From: Candidatus Microgenomates bacterium
GTDB lineage: Bacteria > Patescibacteriota > Microgenomatia > UBA8517
DNA length: 64,000 nucleotides
Reading direction: 5' to 3'
Assembly (NCBI GenBank): GCA_049519355.1
Contig: JBEKQV010000001.1
Span: forward strand, 220,491 to 284,490
How positions within the stretch are numbered: the stretch's first letter is position 1; every line of letters begins with the position of its first letter. The translations under genes and the position numbers were made by a program. Below, in pieces: positions 1 to 9,126 of this stretch. The notes under the pieces were generated by a model that was not told the origin of the DNA, made no database searches, and worked only from the letters and a program-made list of their open reading frames with translations.

Positions 1-1379
1 CGGGGTGCGGGGGGAATTCCATCCAGAGTAAAAGTTCCGAGGGTTTTATTGTCGGCGCTCATCGGACGTTCTCCTTGTGTTACGACGATTTGTACTTGAG
101 TCTGATTATCACTGGCGGTTGAGAAGACTTCGGTTTTACTTGTAGGAACAGTGGTGTTTCTGGGAATCATCGGGGTTGCAATATTTCCCATGGTTTCTAT
201 AGCCAAGGTTAGAGGCGTCACATCAAGAAGAAGTATGTCTTTGACTTCGCCTCCCAAGACTCCGCCCTGAATCGCGGCTCCAACCGCAACAACCTCATCC
301 GGGTTAACCGACTGGTTAGGATCCTTACCGAAGAAATTCTTAACAACCTCAACAACTTTCGGCATTCTGGTCATGCCTCCAACCATTATTATTTCATCAA
401 GATCATGGGCATCAAGTTTGGCGTCCTTCAAACAGTTCTCTACCGGTTTGATTGTTTTCTGGATCAGGTCGTCAACCAAACTTTCCATCTTGGCACGGGT
501 GAGCTTCATGGTTAAGTGGAGAGGTTGGCCATCGTGTTGGGTAATATATGGCTGATTTATTTCAACCTCATTGGCTGCGGAAAGTTCAATCTTGGCTTTT
601 TCGGCGGCATCTCTGACTCTCTGAAGGGCTTGGGCATCGGCTTTGAGATCAACTCCGTTTTCTTTTTTGAATTCCGAAACAATGTAATCGACGATTACAG
701 CATCAAAATCATCGCCGCCAAGATGGGTATCACCATTTGTTGCCTTAACCTCAATTACCCCGTCGCCAATATCGAGAATGGAAATATCAAATGTTCCGCC
801 CCCAAGATCGTAGACGGCAATCTTTTCGGATTTCTTTTTATCCATCCCGTAGGCCAAGGCGCTCGCGGTAGGCTCATTAATAATGCGCTCAACTTTAAGT
901 CCTGCAATTTCTCCGGCCTGCCTGGTTGCCTGGCGCTGGGCATCGTCAAAATATGCCGGGACCGTGATAACCGCCTGGTCAATTTTTTCACCGATGTGGG
1001 CTTCGGCATCTTTTTTAAGCTTCATTAGAACCCTGGCGCCGATTTCCTGAGGAGTGTAATTCTTGCCTTCGATTTCGATATCGGCCATTCCGTTTTTACC
1101 TTCAACAATCTTGTAAGGAACCATTTCAATAGTCCTTTTGACTTCTTTATCCGTAAATCTCCTACCCATCAATCGTTTCGCGGAATAGACCGTGTTTTTG
1201 GCATTAAGAATCATTTGCCTCTTGGCAACATCTCCAACCAGATTTTTAACCGGTTCCACAACTGAAGGAGTGGTATTCTTGCCGGTATCAATTGCCGAAA
1301 TAACCACGGGTCTTCCTGCCTCCATAACGGCAACGCATGAATTTGTTGTTCCTAAATCAATACCAATTATTTTTCCCAT
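1..1379 (-). CDS. dnaK: Molecular chaperone DnaK (Hsp70), runs off the left edge
   Basis: Not in the ORF track because the stop is outside the window. Manual translation from ATG 1379 gives [18 protein letters not shown], later [16 protein letters not shown] and [14 protein letters not shown]. Lies downstream of hrcA-grpE. Confidence 0.98.
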   Translation of the reverse strand, partial: MGKIIGIDLGTTNSCVAVMEAGRPVVISAIDTGKNTTPSVVEPVKNLVGDVAKRQMILNAKNTVYSAKRLMGRRFTDKEVKRTIEMVPYKIVEGKNGMADIEIEGKNYTPQEIGARVLMKLKKDAEAHIGEKIDQAVITVPAYFDDAQRQATRQAGEIAGLKVERIINEPTASALAYGMDKKKSEKIAVYDLGGGTFDISILDIGDGVIEVKATNGDTHLGGDDFDAVIVDYIVSEFKKENGVDLKADAQALQRVRDAAEKAKIELSAANEVEINQPYITQHDGQPLHLTMKLTRAKMESLVDDLIQKTIKPVENCLKDAKLDAHDLDEIIMVGGMTRMPKVVEVVKNFFGKDPNQSVNPDEVVAVGAAIQGGVLGGEVKDILLLDVTPLTLAIETMGNIATPMIPRNTTVPTSKTEVFSTASDNQTQVQIVVTQGERPMSADNKTLGTFTLDGIPPAP

Positions 1380-1387
1380 ATGTTTTT

Positions 1388-1825
1388 TTAGTTACTTACT
1401 TTAAAAACCTTAACCTTCGCCGGTCTAATTATGAACTCTTGATCTTTAATTTTCCAGCCTATTTGCACTACTTCTGCAACTGTATTTTCTTTTCCTCCGG
1501 CGACCATCTCTATAGCCTCTTCTTCCAGAGGATTAAATTCATCCCCAACTGCCACCCGAATTTCTTCAACCCCCAAGTCCTGAATTGATTTCCTAAATTC
1601 CCCTATCACTATTTCCAGTCCCGCGTCTTTAAGATGCTCCTGGGCATCTAAAAGCATATCAAAAACAGGAAGCAGTCCCGAAATGGCCCTTGTCGCCGCT
1701 ATCTGCTCCCAAGCAATCTTTTCGGATTCAACTCTTTTTCTTAGGTTATCATAATCCGCCAAAGCCCTGGCGAGCTGCCCCTTTAAAAGTTCGACTTCCT
1801 GATTATTTTTTTTCGATTTAGCCAT
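1388..1825 (-). CDS. grpE: Nucleotide exchange factor GrpE
   Basis: [21 protein letters not shown] and IIRPAKVKV motifs. Start chosen at MAKSKK (1825), overlapping the hrcA stop; the track ORF starts at 1840. Confidence 0.95.
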   Translation of the reverse strand: MAKSKKNNQEVELLKGQLARALADYDNLRKRVESEKIAWEQIAATRAISGLLPVFDMLLDAQEHLKDAGLEIVIGEFRKSIQDLGVEEIRVAVGDEFNPLEEEAIEMVAGGKENTVAEVVQIGWKIKDQEFIIRPAKVKVFKVSN

Positions 1826-2555
1826 TTGCAACTTCTTCAATTAAATTTCCAAAATATCTTAAGATTGGGATCACGGTCCCGTAGTTTGACCTTGCCGGCC
1901 CAATCACTCCCAAAGCTCCCGGCTTTCCTTTTATCGTAAAGTGCGTGGCAATTACTCCTGCTGGTGCGAGCTCCGGCCAACCGAGTTCCTCGCCGAATAA
2001 TACTTCGAGGGGGGAGGCGGATGCTGTCATGCCAAAAAATAATCTGTCCATTTTGTCAAATTCATCAAAGATCGAAAATAAACTTTGGCAGGCTTCCATC
2101 TCTGCAAATTCGGGGTTGTTAAAAAGGTAAGATTGTCCCGCCTGCCAAAATCTGTCCTTTTTGTCTTTAATAGCTGCAACAGCCAAAGACCTTGTCCTTG
2201 TGGCCAACGCATGTGTTGCTTCATCCATCAGTTCGTCAATATCATCCCTGGAGTCCCAAACTTCCTCTTTGGCTTTGACCTCATCAACAAGACTCATTTG
2301 TTTCTCCTCCATCAGTTGGTTTATGTAAAACTTCATGGCAACCGGTGTCGGAATTCTTCCGGCTGAAGCGTGCGGCTGTTTCAAATAACCAGCCTTTGTC
2401 AATGCAACCATTTCGTTTCTAATCGTCGCCGGGGAAACTCCAAGGTTGTATTTTTTATCCATCGCCTCCGAACCGACAGGCTCGGCTGTCGTGATATATT
2501 CATCAACTATAGTTTTAAGAATCTGCGTCTGTCTTGATGTAAGTCCGTCTGCCAT
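1818..2555 (-). CDS. hrcA: Heat-inducible transcription repressor HrcA (short, 245 aa)
   Basis: EPVGS, VSPATIRNEM, PHASAGRIPT and LGVIGP motifs, with a CIRCE directly upstream. Confidence 0.96.
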   Translation of the reverse strand: MADGLTSRQTQILKTIVDEYITTAEPVGSEAMDKKYNLGVSPATIRNEMVALTKAGYLKQPHASAGRIPTPVAMKFYINQLMEEKQMSLVDEVKAKEEVWDSRDDIDELMDEATHALATRTRSLAVAAIKDKKDRFWQAGQSYLFNNPEFAEMEACQSLFSIFDEFDKMDRLFFGMTASASPLEVLFGEELGWPELAPAGVIATHFTIKGKPGALGVIGPARSNYGTVIPILRYFGNLIEEVANG

Positions 2556-2562
2556 ATCTATA

Positions 2563-2589
2563 TTAGCAGTAACTTATCACGAGTGCTAA
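2563..2589. promoter_or_regulatory. CIRCE operator upstream of hrcA
   Basis: TTAGCAGTA-N9-GAGTGCTAA versus consensus TTAGCACTC-N9-GAGTGCTAA. Confidence 0.92.
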
Positions 2590-2599
2590 ATGTTGTCAA
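2571..2599 (-). promoter_or_regulatory. sigma70-type promoter of hrcA operon, overlapping the CIRCE
   Basis: Minus strand TTGACA-17 nt-TAAGTT with a TGn extension. Confidence 0.7.
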
Positions 2600-2609
2600 T
2601 ACCCCTTTT

Positions 2610-4334
2610 CTATTGTGCCTGGGTGCCAGTGGTTGGAGTAATTGGTTCCTGCTCCTTCGGGGGTATAGGGGGAAGCATCCTCTTAACAATCAACTTCTTC
2701 GCAGCATTTAAAAAATAGCTTGCCTCATCAATCCTAAGAAGAAGCGATAAAAGGGTATAAACAATTGCTCCAACAAGGAATGTCATTCCGGTCAAAATTA
2801 TTACGTTTCCGGTATAGCGGGTATCAAGCATAAATCTCTGAAACGGAAAGGTTGAAGTGACATCGACTCCATTTAAGAAAGATAATCTCTTTACCCAAAC
2901 GGATTTATCAAAGACCTTAAGAATAAAATACATTGCACCGCCGGAAACGACGGTAGCAATTAGAATCTTAAGAATATGAATCAGGAATTTGGAATTAATC
3001 AGATCCCCAACCTTTTTGTTTATTAAAATCAATAAGGTTACCGCCTCAACAATTGTGCTGGCCGCAAAAGAAGCCGCCAGGGCCCAGACATCAAAGTGGA
3101 ATCCTTTTACCAGTGTAAAATCCCCAACCACCAGAATAAAAAGCCCGACAAACGAAACTATTACCGGAGTCTTTGTGTCCCTGAGGGCAAAAAAAGCCCT
3201 GGCAAGAACCGACATTAATGTTTGAAATACTATAGAGACTGCAAAAACCGAAAGAACGGTTCCTGTTTCAATTGTTGATTCCCAGTCAAAGATTTTTGTT
3301 CCATAAACCAACCGGACCGCAGGAATTCTGAGAGCAATCAGAGCCGCCGAAAGCGGCAGGGTAAAAAACATTGCCTGATAAACCGCAACCAAAAGAATTT
3401 TCCTGTATTCTTTCCAGTTTCCCTCAACATGCGAAAGCATTGGCAGAACCGCCTTAGCTAAAGATGTTCCAAAAAGCGTTACGGGAAGAAGTTGAAGAGA
3501 GTTGGCAAAAGTGTAGTAAGTGTAGGACGCTTGAGAAATAATTGATGAAAGGAAAAGCTCCGTACTTTGACCAATCTGGTCAAAGGCAAGATCAATTACC
3601 CGCGGAAGTGCCAATTTCCCTATACTTTTTACTCCCTCGTCCGGTTTTATGTCTGTCGTAAACTTAAAGCCAAGTTTTCGGGAAAGAGGATACTGAATCA
3701 GAAAATGGGCAAACGCCCCAATTACAACTCCAACAGCCGGCGCGGTTAACCCCAAGTAAGGCGTCAGGACCACCGTACCGAAAATTATTCCCAGGTTATA
3801 GAAAATCGGCGCAAGTGCCGGAACGAGAAACCTTCTGAGAGATTCCAAAACACCCGTTAAAACATAACTGACAACAAAAAAACCTTGAGCCGCAAAAAGG
3901 ATCCTAGCAAGAAACGCAATTTCAGCGGTTCCGGCAGGTCCGTAACCCGGGGCAATAACCGAATAAATTTTAACGGCACCGAATCCGAATATGGCGGCGG
4001 CAAAAAGGAATATCGCAAGGCCTATAGAAACGACTTTACCGGCCAATAGCCAGGCTTTACCTTCACCTTCGCGGAGAGTCTTAGTAAAAACCGGAATAAA
4101 AGCGGATGAAAAAGTTCCAAAAACCAAAATCTGAAATATCGCATCGGGGAGCCTAAATGCCGCAAAAAAAAGTGAAAGTGAATCGGGCGTAAAATAGCCT
4201 GCCAGAACACGATTACTTATCAAACCTAAAACCATCGACACTCCGATCATCAGCATAATGAGGCTGGCGGCGGACAGAACCGAGTTTTGCTGAGAGTTAA
4301 TAATCTTTTTTCCCCGTGCGATTAGATCTTCCAT
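2610..4334 (-). CDS. murJ: Lipid II flippase MurJ (MviN)
   Basis: FFAAFRLPD, SAFIPVF, LARAFFALRDTKTP and about 14 TM segments. Start moved to MEDLIARG because the track start overlaps rpsT. Confidence 0.92.
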   Translation of the reverse strand: MEDLIARGKKIINSQQNSVLSAASLIMLMIGVSMVLGLISNRVLAGYFTPDSLSLFFAAFRLPDAIFQILVFGTFSSAFIPVFTKTLREGEGKAWLLAGKVVSIGLAIFLFAAAIFGFGAVKIYSVIAPGYGPAGTAEIAFLARILFAAQGFFVVSYVLTGVLESLRRFLVPALAPIFYNLGIIFGTVVLTPYLGLTAPAVGVVIGAFAHFLIQYPLSRKLGFKFTTDIKPDEGVKSIGKLALPRVIDLAFDQIGQSTELFLSSIISQASYTYYTFANSLQLLPVTLFGTSLAKAVLPMLSHVEGNWKEYRKILLVAVYQAMFFTLPLSAALIALRIPAVRLVYGTKIFDWESTIETGTVLSVFAVSIVFQTLMSVLARAFFALRDTKTPVIVSFVGLFILVVGDFTLVKGFHFDVWALAASFAASTIVEAVTLLILINKKVGDLINSKFLIHILKILIATVVSGGAMYFILKVFDKSVWVKRLSFLNGVDVTSTFPFQRFMLDTRYTGNVIILTGMTFLVGAIVYTLLSLLLRIDEASYFLNAAKKLIVKRMLPPIPPKEQEPITPTTGTQAQ

Positions 4335-4349
4335 TTTAGCTTTGTTTCG

Positions 4350-4357
4350 ATTATACT
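4350..4357. promoter_or_regulatory. Putative bidirectional -10 element between murJ and rpsT
   Basis: ATTATACT gives TATAAT on minus (4350-4355) and TATACT on plus (4352-4357, 6 nt before the rpsT ATG). Confidence 0.6.
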
Positions 4358-4363
4358 CACTAC

Positions 4364-4627
4364 ATGCCTGTAACGACAACAGCCAAAAGAGCGTTGAGGA
4401 GTTCCAAAAATAAAGAGTTTGTGAACAAGCTTATCTTAAAAAAGCTTGAGGTTGCAGTGAGAATTGCAAAAAGGAGTAAAGGAACCGAAAAAATTTTAGC
4501 TGCAGTTTCGATGGCTGATCGGGCGGCAAAGAAAAAGGTAATCCACAAAAATAAAGCCGCAAGAATTAAATCGCAACTGGCTAAACTCTTACCCAAGATT
4601 TCAAAAAAAGCCACAAAAAAGAATTAG
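4364..4627 (+). CDS. rpsT: 30S ribosomal protein S20
   Basis: AKRALR and DRAAKKKVIHKNKAARIKS; basic 87 aa protein. Confidence 0.97.
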   Translation: MPVTTTAKRALRSSKNKEFVNKLILKKLEVAVRIAKRSKGTEKILAAVSMADRAAKKKVIHKNKAARIKSQLAKLLPKISKKATKKN

Positions 4628-4684
4628 CTTCTTTCACGCTCTGACTTATGCTATATTGATTTAACTTAAGGTTACTGTGCCGTC

Positions 4685-5218
4685 ATGCCCAAAAATAACG
4701 CCATAAATTTATTGCCCGGAGAGGAATTTGAAGTCTCAACTTTAGGCCGCATATTGCACTGGGCCATGGGTACTTTTCGTATTATCGTTATTGTTACCGA
4801 GATGATTGTTATGGGAGCGTTTCTGTCACGTTTTTGGTTAGACGCGCAGAACTCCGATCTTAATGACTCGATTAACATTAAGGTTGCACAAATTTCGGCA
4901 CAAAGTTCAATTGAAAGTCAATTCAGGGGGCTACAAACAAAGTTAGCGATATTCACTCAAATTGCCCAAAACCCAACACCTTCTCAAAAAGTTGCAAATA
5001 TTACGTCAAAAATTCCCCCTGACGTAACCCTTTCAGGTCTTACAATTTCAGATGCCTCAATTGCAATTAACGGAGTTTCAAATTCGGAAGCCGGTATCTC
5101 ACAGTTCATTTCAAATTTGGAGGCGGACAAAACTTTTAAGACAGTAAACTTGGGCCAACTGAATTCGTCTGAAATTAATCCGTCACAAACTAATTTTTCT
5201 ATAAACATTACATACTAA
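4685..5218 (+). CDS. pilN: PilN-like bitopic protein
   Basis: N-terminal INLLP motif, one TM, coiled coil, then IPPDVTLSGL...INGVS ferredoxin-like region. Confidence 0.8.
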   Translation: MPKNNAINLLPGEEFEVSTLGRILHWAMGTFRIIVIVTEMIVMGAFLSRFWLDAQNSDLNDSINIKVAQISAQSSIESQFRGLQTKLAIFTQIAQNPTPSQKVANITSKIPPDVTLSGLTISDASIAINGVSNSEAGISQFISNLEADKTFKTVNLGQLNSSEINPSQTNFSINITY

Positions 5219-5222
5219 AACT

Positions 5223-5876
5223 ATGGCACTTGGTTGGAGAGAATCATATTACAGATACAGAGGGTTTTTCCTGAATATCGCCGCCCTATATAAACAAAAG
5301 GCCGATCTACGGGCTTTTTTGGAAATCGTCCTTTCGATAACAACCGTTATTGTTTTTTTGCTGTTCGCCTTAAAACCCACCGCTCTGACTATAATTAATC
5401 TTCTTCAGCAAATAAATGAAAAGAAACAAACACTCGTAGGATTAACCCAAAAGGTAAATGATCTGCAAACAGTAAACGGTATTCTTGACCAAGACCAAAA
5501 TTTAATTCCGTCTATTGATGCGGCGGTTCCAAACGTACCCAACCCCGATATCCTATCGGAGCAAGCGGAGGGGCTCGCATCAAAAGATGCTGTAGAAATA
5601 CTCGGAATTTCCGTCAATCAAGTAACTCTTCTTGGTGCCAACTCCACAAAGAAAATAACCGGGGTAACACCTCTTCCGCAAGGAGCATACGAAATGCCAT
5701 TTTCGCTTAGTATCGAAGGTCCCTACACAAACTTAATTGCTTTCGTTAACGACTTCGAAAATCTGGGGCTGGCATCAAGAATCGACAGTCTCACAATTAG
5801 TTCTTCCGTAACCGATAAAGGAAGAGTTATAGTTGCAGTAATTTCCGGCAGGATACCGTTTTTAGGTAGTCAATAA
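5223..5876 (+). CDS. pilO: PilO-like bitopic protein
   Basis: One TM, coiled coil and the FSLSIEGPYTNLIAFVNDFENL pattern; follows pilN. Confidence 0.78.
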   Translation: MALGWRESYYRYRGFFLNIAALYKQKADLRAFLEIVLSITTVIVFLLFALKPTALTIINLLQQINEKKQTLVGLTQKVNDLQTVNGILDQDQNLIPSIDAAVPNVPNPDILSEQAEGLASKDAVEILGISVNQVTLLGANSTKKITGVTPLPQGAYEMPFSLSIEGPYTNLIAFVNDFENLGLASRIDSLTISSSVTDKGRVIVAVISGRIPFLGSQ

Positions 5877-5877
5877 T

Positions 5878-6216
5878 ATGGAGAAAGAAAAGTTACCAAA
5901 TCCAATCTTGATTTTAATACTGACACTTATCACCGCCTTTATCTGGGTTTCCTTAAATATCTACCGTGCCATATCTACCAAGCCGACAGCTAGTGTTCCG
6001 CAGGCAATTTCTCAACCTTTGACACCGTTGCTGGATCCAAACGCTATCAAAAAAATTCAATCATCGATTCTTTTAAATAGTTCGCAAATCCCGCAAAATA
6101 TTATCACCCCCGCAGGAACTAATGCGCCGGCCGTTTTACCAACACTTTTACCGGTTGCTACTCCAATTGCCTCGCCAAGTTCATTACCAACCGCCAGCCC
6201 AAGCGCAACACCATGA
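5878..6216 (+). CDS. Small bitopic protein with Pro/Thr/Ser-rich tail (PilP position)
   Basis: N-terminal TM, C-terminal TASPSATP, operonic spacing. Confidence 0.75.
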   Translation: MEKEKLPNPILILILTLITAFIWVSLNIYRAISTKPTASVPQAISQPLTPLLDPNAIKKIQSSILLNSSQIPQNIITPAGTNAPAVLPTLLPVATPIASPSSLPTASPSATP

Positions 6217-6240
6217 GGAGACAGTCCGAAACTATAAAAC

Positions 6241-7593
6241 ATGATTAAAAGAAGTAAAATTCCAACAATCTTAGGTATAGTAGTACTTCTTGTAGGAACA
6301 TTTGCGGGAGTATTTTTCCTGGGAAGAAATCAAGTTTTTAGGATCGGCGCCAATCCAACTTCAACTCCAAAAGATGTCAGGGTAAGCAATCTCTCGGATA
6401 TTTCAGCCACCGTTTCCTGGACAACGGGAGGCCAGACATCTGACTTTCTAAACTGGGGAACCACACAAAATGTAGGCAGTATTGAAAATGAAAGCCAAAC
6501 CAATGAAAAGTTCTTCAACCACAGTATTACATTAAGCGGGTTAAAAGCTTCAACCACATATTTTTATAAAATTAACTCTGAAGGAACAACTTTCGATAAT
6601 AACGGCGTTCCCTGGCAATTTACCACAGGGTCGACACTTGCAGCAAATCAAAACTCTATGCCTATTTCAGGCTCTGTCATCACGGCATCAAGCCAACCCT
6701 CAGCCAGAGCAATTGTTTACGTAACGGTAAACGGATACCTTCTTTCGACTTTGACATCTGATTCGGGTAGTTTTGTCATACAACTGGCACAAGTGCGCAC
6801 TTCGGACCTAACTTCCTATGCCGTAGTTGATCCCGCCACTACCCTTTTGGAAATATCCGTAGAAGCCGAAGACGGCGAAACTTCTTCAGCTCAAATATTT
6901 CCCCAATCCGCCAATCCAATTCCCACCCTTATCCTGGGGCAAACCCAAGATTACAGAAGTCTACAGCCGCAACAATCCGGCCAAAATCCCAGCGCCAATT
7001 TAAATTTGCCGGCCACGGCAACTCAAGAATCAAAAATCAACATTGGCACAACCTCGGCAACCCCCGCTCCAACAAGTGTAATTCTGGAAAGCTTAACCGA
7101 GGGAGAAACAGTAACAAGCAACCAACCCCAATTCTTTGGTAAGGGTCCGGGAGGGGAAACGATTACGGTCACCGTTCACTCACAGGATGTAGTTTCGGGA
7201 ACCGTCAAAATTCCTACCAATGGCTCCTGGAGTTGGAGTCCTCCTTCAACCCTTTCCGCGGGATCTCATTCAATTACAATTTCCTGGATAGACACCTCCG
7301 GAATCACAAGAACATTAACCCGGGATTTTATTGTTCAAGCGGGTGAGGCGCCAGCTTTTGTTGCCTCCCCCTCGGGCACTCCAATTTCCACATCAACCAT
7401 CTCTCCAAGTCCTGTCCCGACTCTTGTGCCTGTTTCTACGGCAACTCCAACCGCAATTCCTACTGAAATATCCTCTCCAACCGCGGAACCTGTACCAGTT
7501 ACTGGTGACTTGACTCCCACGTTCCTACTATCTATCATGGGATTAGCAATTCTTGCTTTCAGCGTTTTTGTGTGGAGATTTTCAGAAAAATAA
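6241..7593 (+). CDS. Surface protein with Fn3/purple-acid-phosphatase-N-like and Ig-like domains and a C-terminal VPVTG-TM sorting-like signal
   Basis: N-terminal TM; VSWTT...HSITLSGLKASTTYFY (Fn3); NGSWSWSP...GSHSITI (Ig-like); PT-rich linker; VPVTG plus hydrophobic segment plus RFSEK. Confidence 0.8.
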   Translation: MIKRSKIPTILGIVVLLVGTFAGVFFLGRNQVFRIGANPTSTPKDVRVSNLSDISATVSWTTGGQTSDFLNWGTTQNVGSIENESQTNEKFFNHSITLSGLKASTTYFYKINSEGTTFDNNGVPWQFTTGSTLAANQNSMPISGSVITASSQPSARAIVYVTVNGYLLSTLTSDSGSFVIQLAQVRTSDLTSYAVVDPATTLLEISVEAEDGETSSAQIFPQSANPIPTLILGQTQDYRSLQPQQSGQNPSANLNLPATATQESKINIGTTSATPAPTSVILESLTEGETVTSNQPQFFGKGPGGETITVTVHSQDVVSGTVKIPTNGSWSWSPPSTLSAGSHSITISWIDTSGITRTLTRDFIVQAGEAPAFVASPSGTPISTSTISPSPVPTLVPVSTATPTAIPTEISSPTAEPVPVTGDLTPTFLLSIMGLAILAFSVFVWRFSEK

Positions 7594-7599
7594 TTTTAC

Positions 7600-9117
7600 A
7601 TGCCCAATCAAAACGACCCTACCCAAAACCCAACCCCAGTAAATCCTGTTCCTCCGGTTATCTCTCCCCAGGCAGACCTCCCGCCGCTTCCTCCCGCATT
7701 TCAAAATCTTAATAATCCAACACCTCCTGTCGCGGCCTCGGAAAAAGAAAATACATCACCTCCTTCCGACAACGGTTCGGCAGCCCCTCCCGATATTTCT
7801 TCCGTTACCTCAAAACCCAAGAAAAAATTCGGGGGAGGAAGAATAATTGCAACGATATTGGGATTATTCCTCTTGGTTGGGGGAGTTGGCGCGGGAATAG
7901 TTTTAACTCAGCAACCCCAGCTTCTTCAACAAAAAGCATCCACTATTTGTCCTGTCACGGCTCCAGATCTTTGTAAGTGTTACAATTGTGACGGCAGTGT
8001 CAGAGGAAGTGGTTGCCTTCCTGCTTCTGAATCCTGCGATGCATACTGTGGCGGAAGTAGTACTCCAACAAACTGCAACAGTCAAACCTGTACACCAAAT
8101 ACCAGTACAAAATCGTGTACAGAATCAAATGGTTGCGCAGGAACTGAAACCTGTAACTCATCAGGAACTGGCTATGGAAGCTGTGTACAAAATGATTCCA
8201 GTTGTGGAAAATCCTCAGGAGGGGCTTCTTGTAGCGGAGGAATCGCCGATGGAAAAATCGGCTGCCTGGATAGTGCCACGGGGGTTGTCTGCAATAACGG
8301 TGCGTTCAGTCAAACTAAACAGTATTGTCCTCAAGGAACAAAGTGTGTAAATGGTTCCAGTCCGGGCAGTTTTTGTTCAGCTTGTTCACCCGCTACTAGT
8401 TGTTGTTTCGCTAATTCGACCGTTCCGTCCTCACCAGTCTGTACGGTAAGTCATAAGTATCTATGCTCGAACGGAAGCTGTATCGAAAACGACACCAACG
8501 GAACTTTCACATCAAATACTTGTGGAGGAACCTGTAGTGGAACTCCGAACCCGAACGTAGCAGACTGCGGAAGTGCGGCAGTCGGCGGGGCCTGCACAAC
8601 TGGAAGCGATTGCCATTGCCAGGGTGGGGACGCTTGCACAAGTCTTTTGTGTCAGCCGGATCAGCATCAATCCTGTCTTAGCCAAAGTAGAGCCTGGTGT
8701 GTAAACATGACAGGAAAGGGCATGACCTGTTGTGCTGCAGGATATGTCTGCGCCGTGGGTGTTAACGGATGTGTCTCTGGACCTTCGGCTCCGCCATCCA
8801 GCCCGCCGAATAATCCCACTGCTCCTTCCTGTGTGGCTGTCACGGCATACACCCCAACATGGACCGCTCTGACTTCTGCCCAACTTTCGGCACTAACCAC
8901 TGGGGCACAGATCAATTTCTGTGTTAGCGGTTCAAACGGTACGTTCGATCAGGCAGACTTCAAGATCAACTCAACAGTTGAGGCGGCAACTACTACCAAG
9001 AGGCCGAGTTCTAGTGATTTCTGCCAGTTATACACAATTCAGGCATCAGACACAACTATATCGGTTTCGGCGAAGATTCACGATACTACAAAGGGCTGGG
9101 TAGGAGAAAGTTTTTAA
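7600..9117 (+). CDS. Cysteine-rich membrane-anchored surface protein
   Basis: Pro-rich N-terminus, PKKK, one TM, then about 43 Cys by hand count in the predicted external part. Confidence 0.85.
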   Translation: MPNQNDPTQNPTPVNPVPPVISPQADLPPLPPAFQNLNNPTPPVAASEKENTSPPSDNGSAAPPDISSVTSKPKKKFGGGRIIATILGLFLLVGGVGAGIVLTQQPQLLQQKASTICPVTAPDLCKCYNCDGSVRGSGCLPASESCDAYCGGSSTPTNCNSQTCTPNTSTKSCTESNGCAGTETCNSSGTGYGSCVQNDSSCGKSSGGASCSGGIADGKIGCLDSATGVVCNNGAFSQTKQYCPQGTKCVNGSSPGSFCSACSPATSCCFANSTVPSSPVCTVSHKYLCSNGSCIENDTNGTFTSNTCGGTCSGTPNPNVADCGSAAVGGACTTGSDCHCQGGDACTSLLCQPDQHQSCLSQSRAWCVNMTGKGMTCCAAGYVCAVGVNGCVSGPSAPPSSPPNNPTAPSCVAVTAYTPTWTALTSAQLSALTTGAQINFCVSGSNGTFDQADFKINSTVEAATTTKRPSSSDFCQLYTIQASDTTISVSAKIHDTTKGWVGESF

Positions 9118-9126
9118 TTATAAATT

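Noticed and set aside
516-1028. 170-aa plus-strand ORF (and other ORFs over 373-1588)
   Set aside because: Antisense shadow of dnaK/grpE; long ORFs opposite dnaK are a well-known spurious class.
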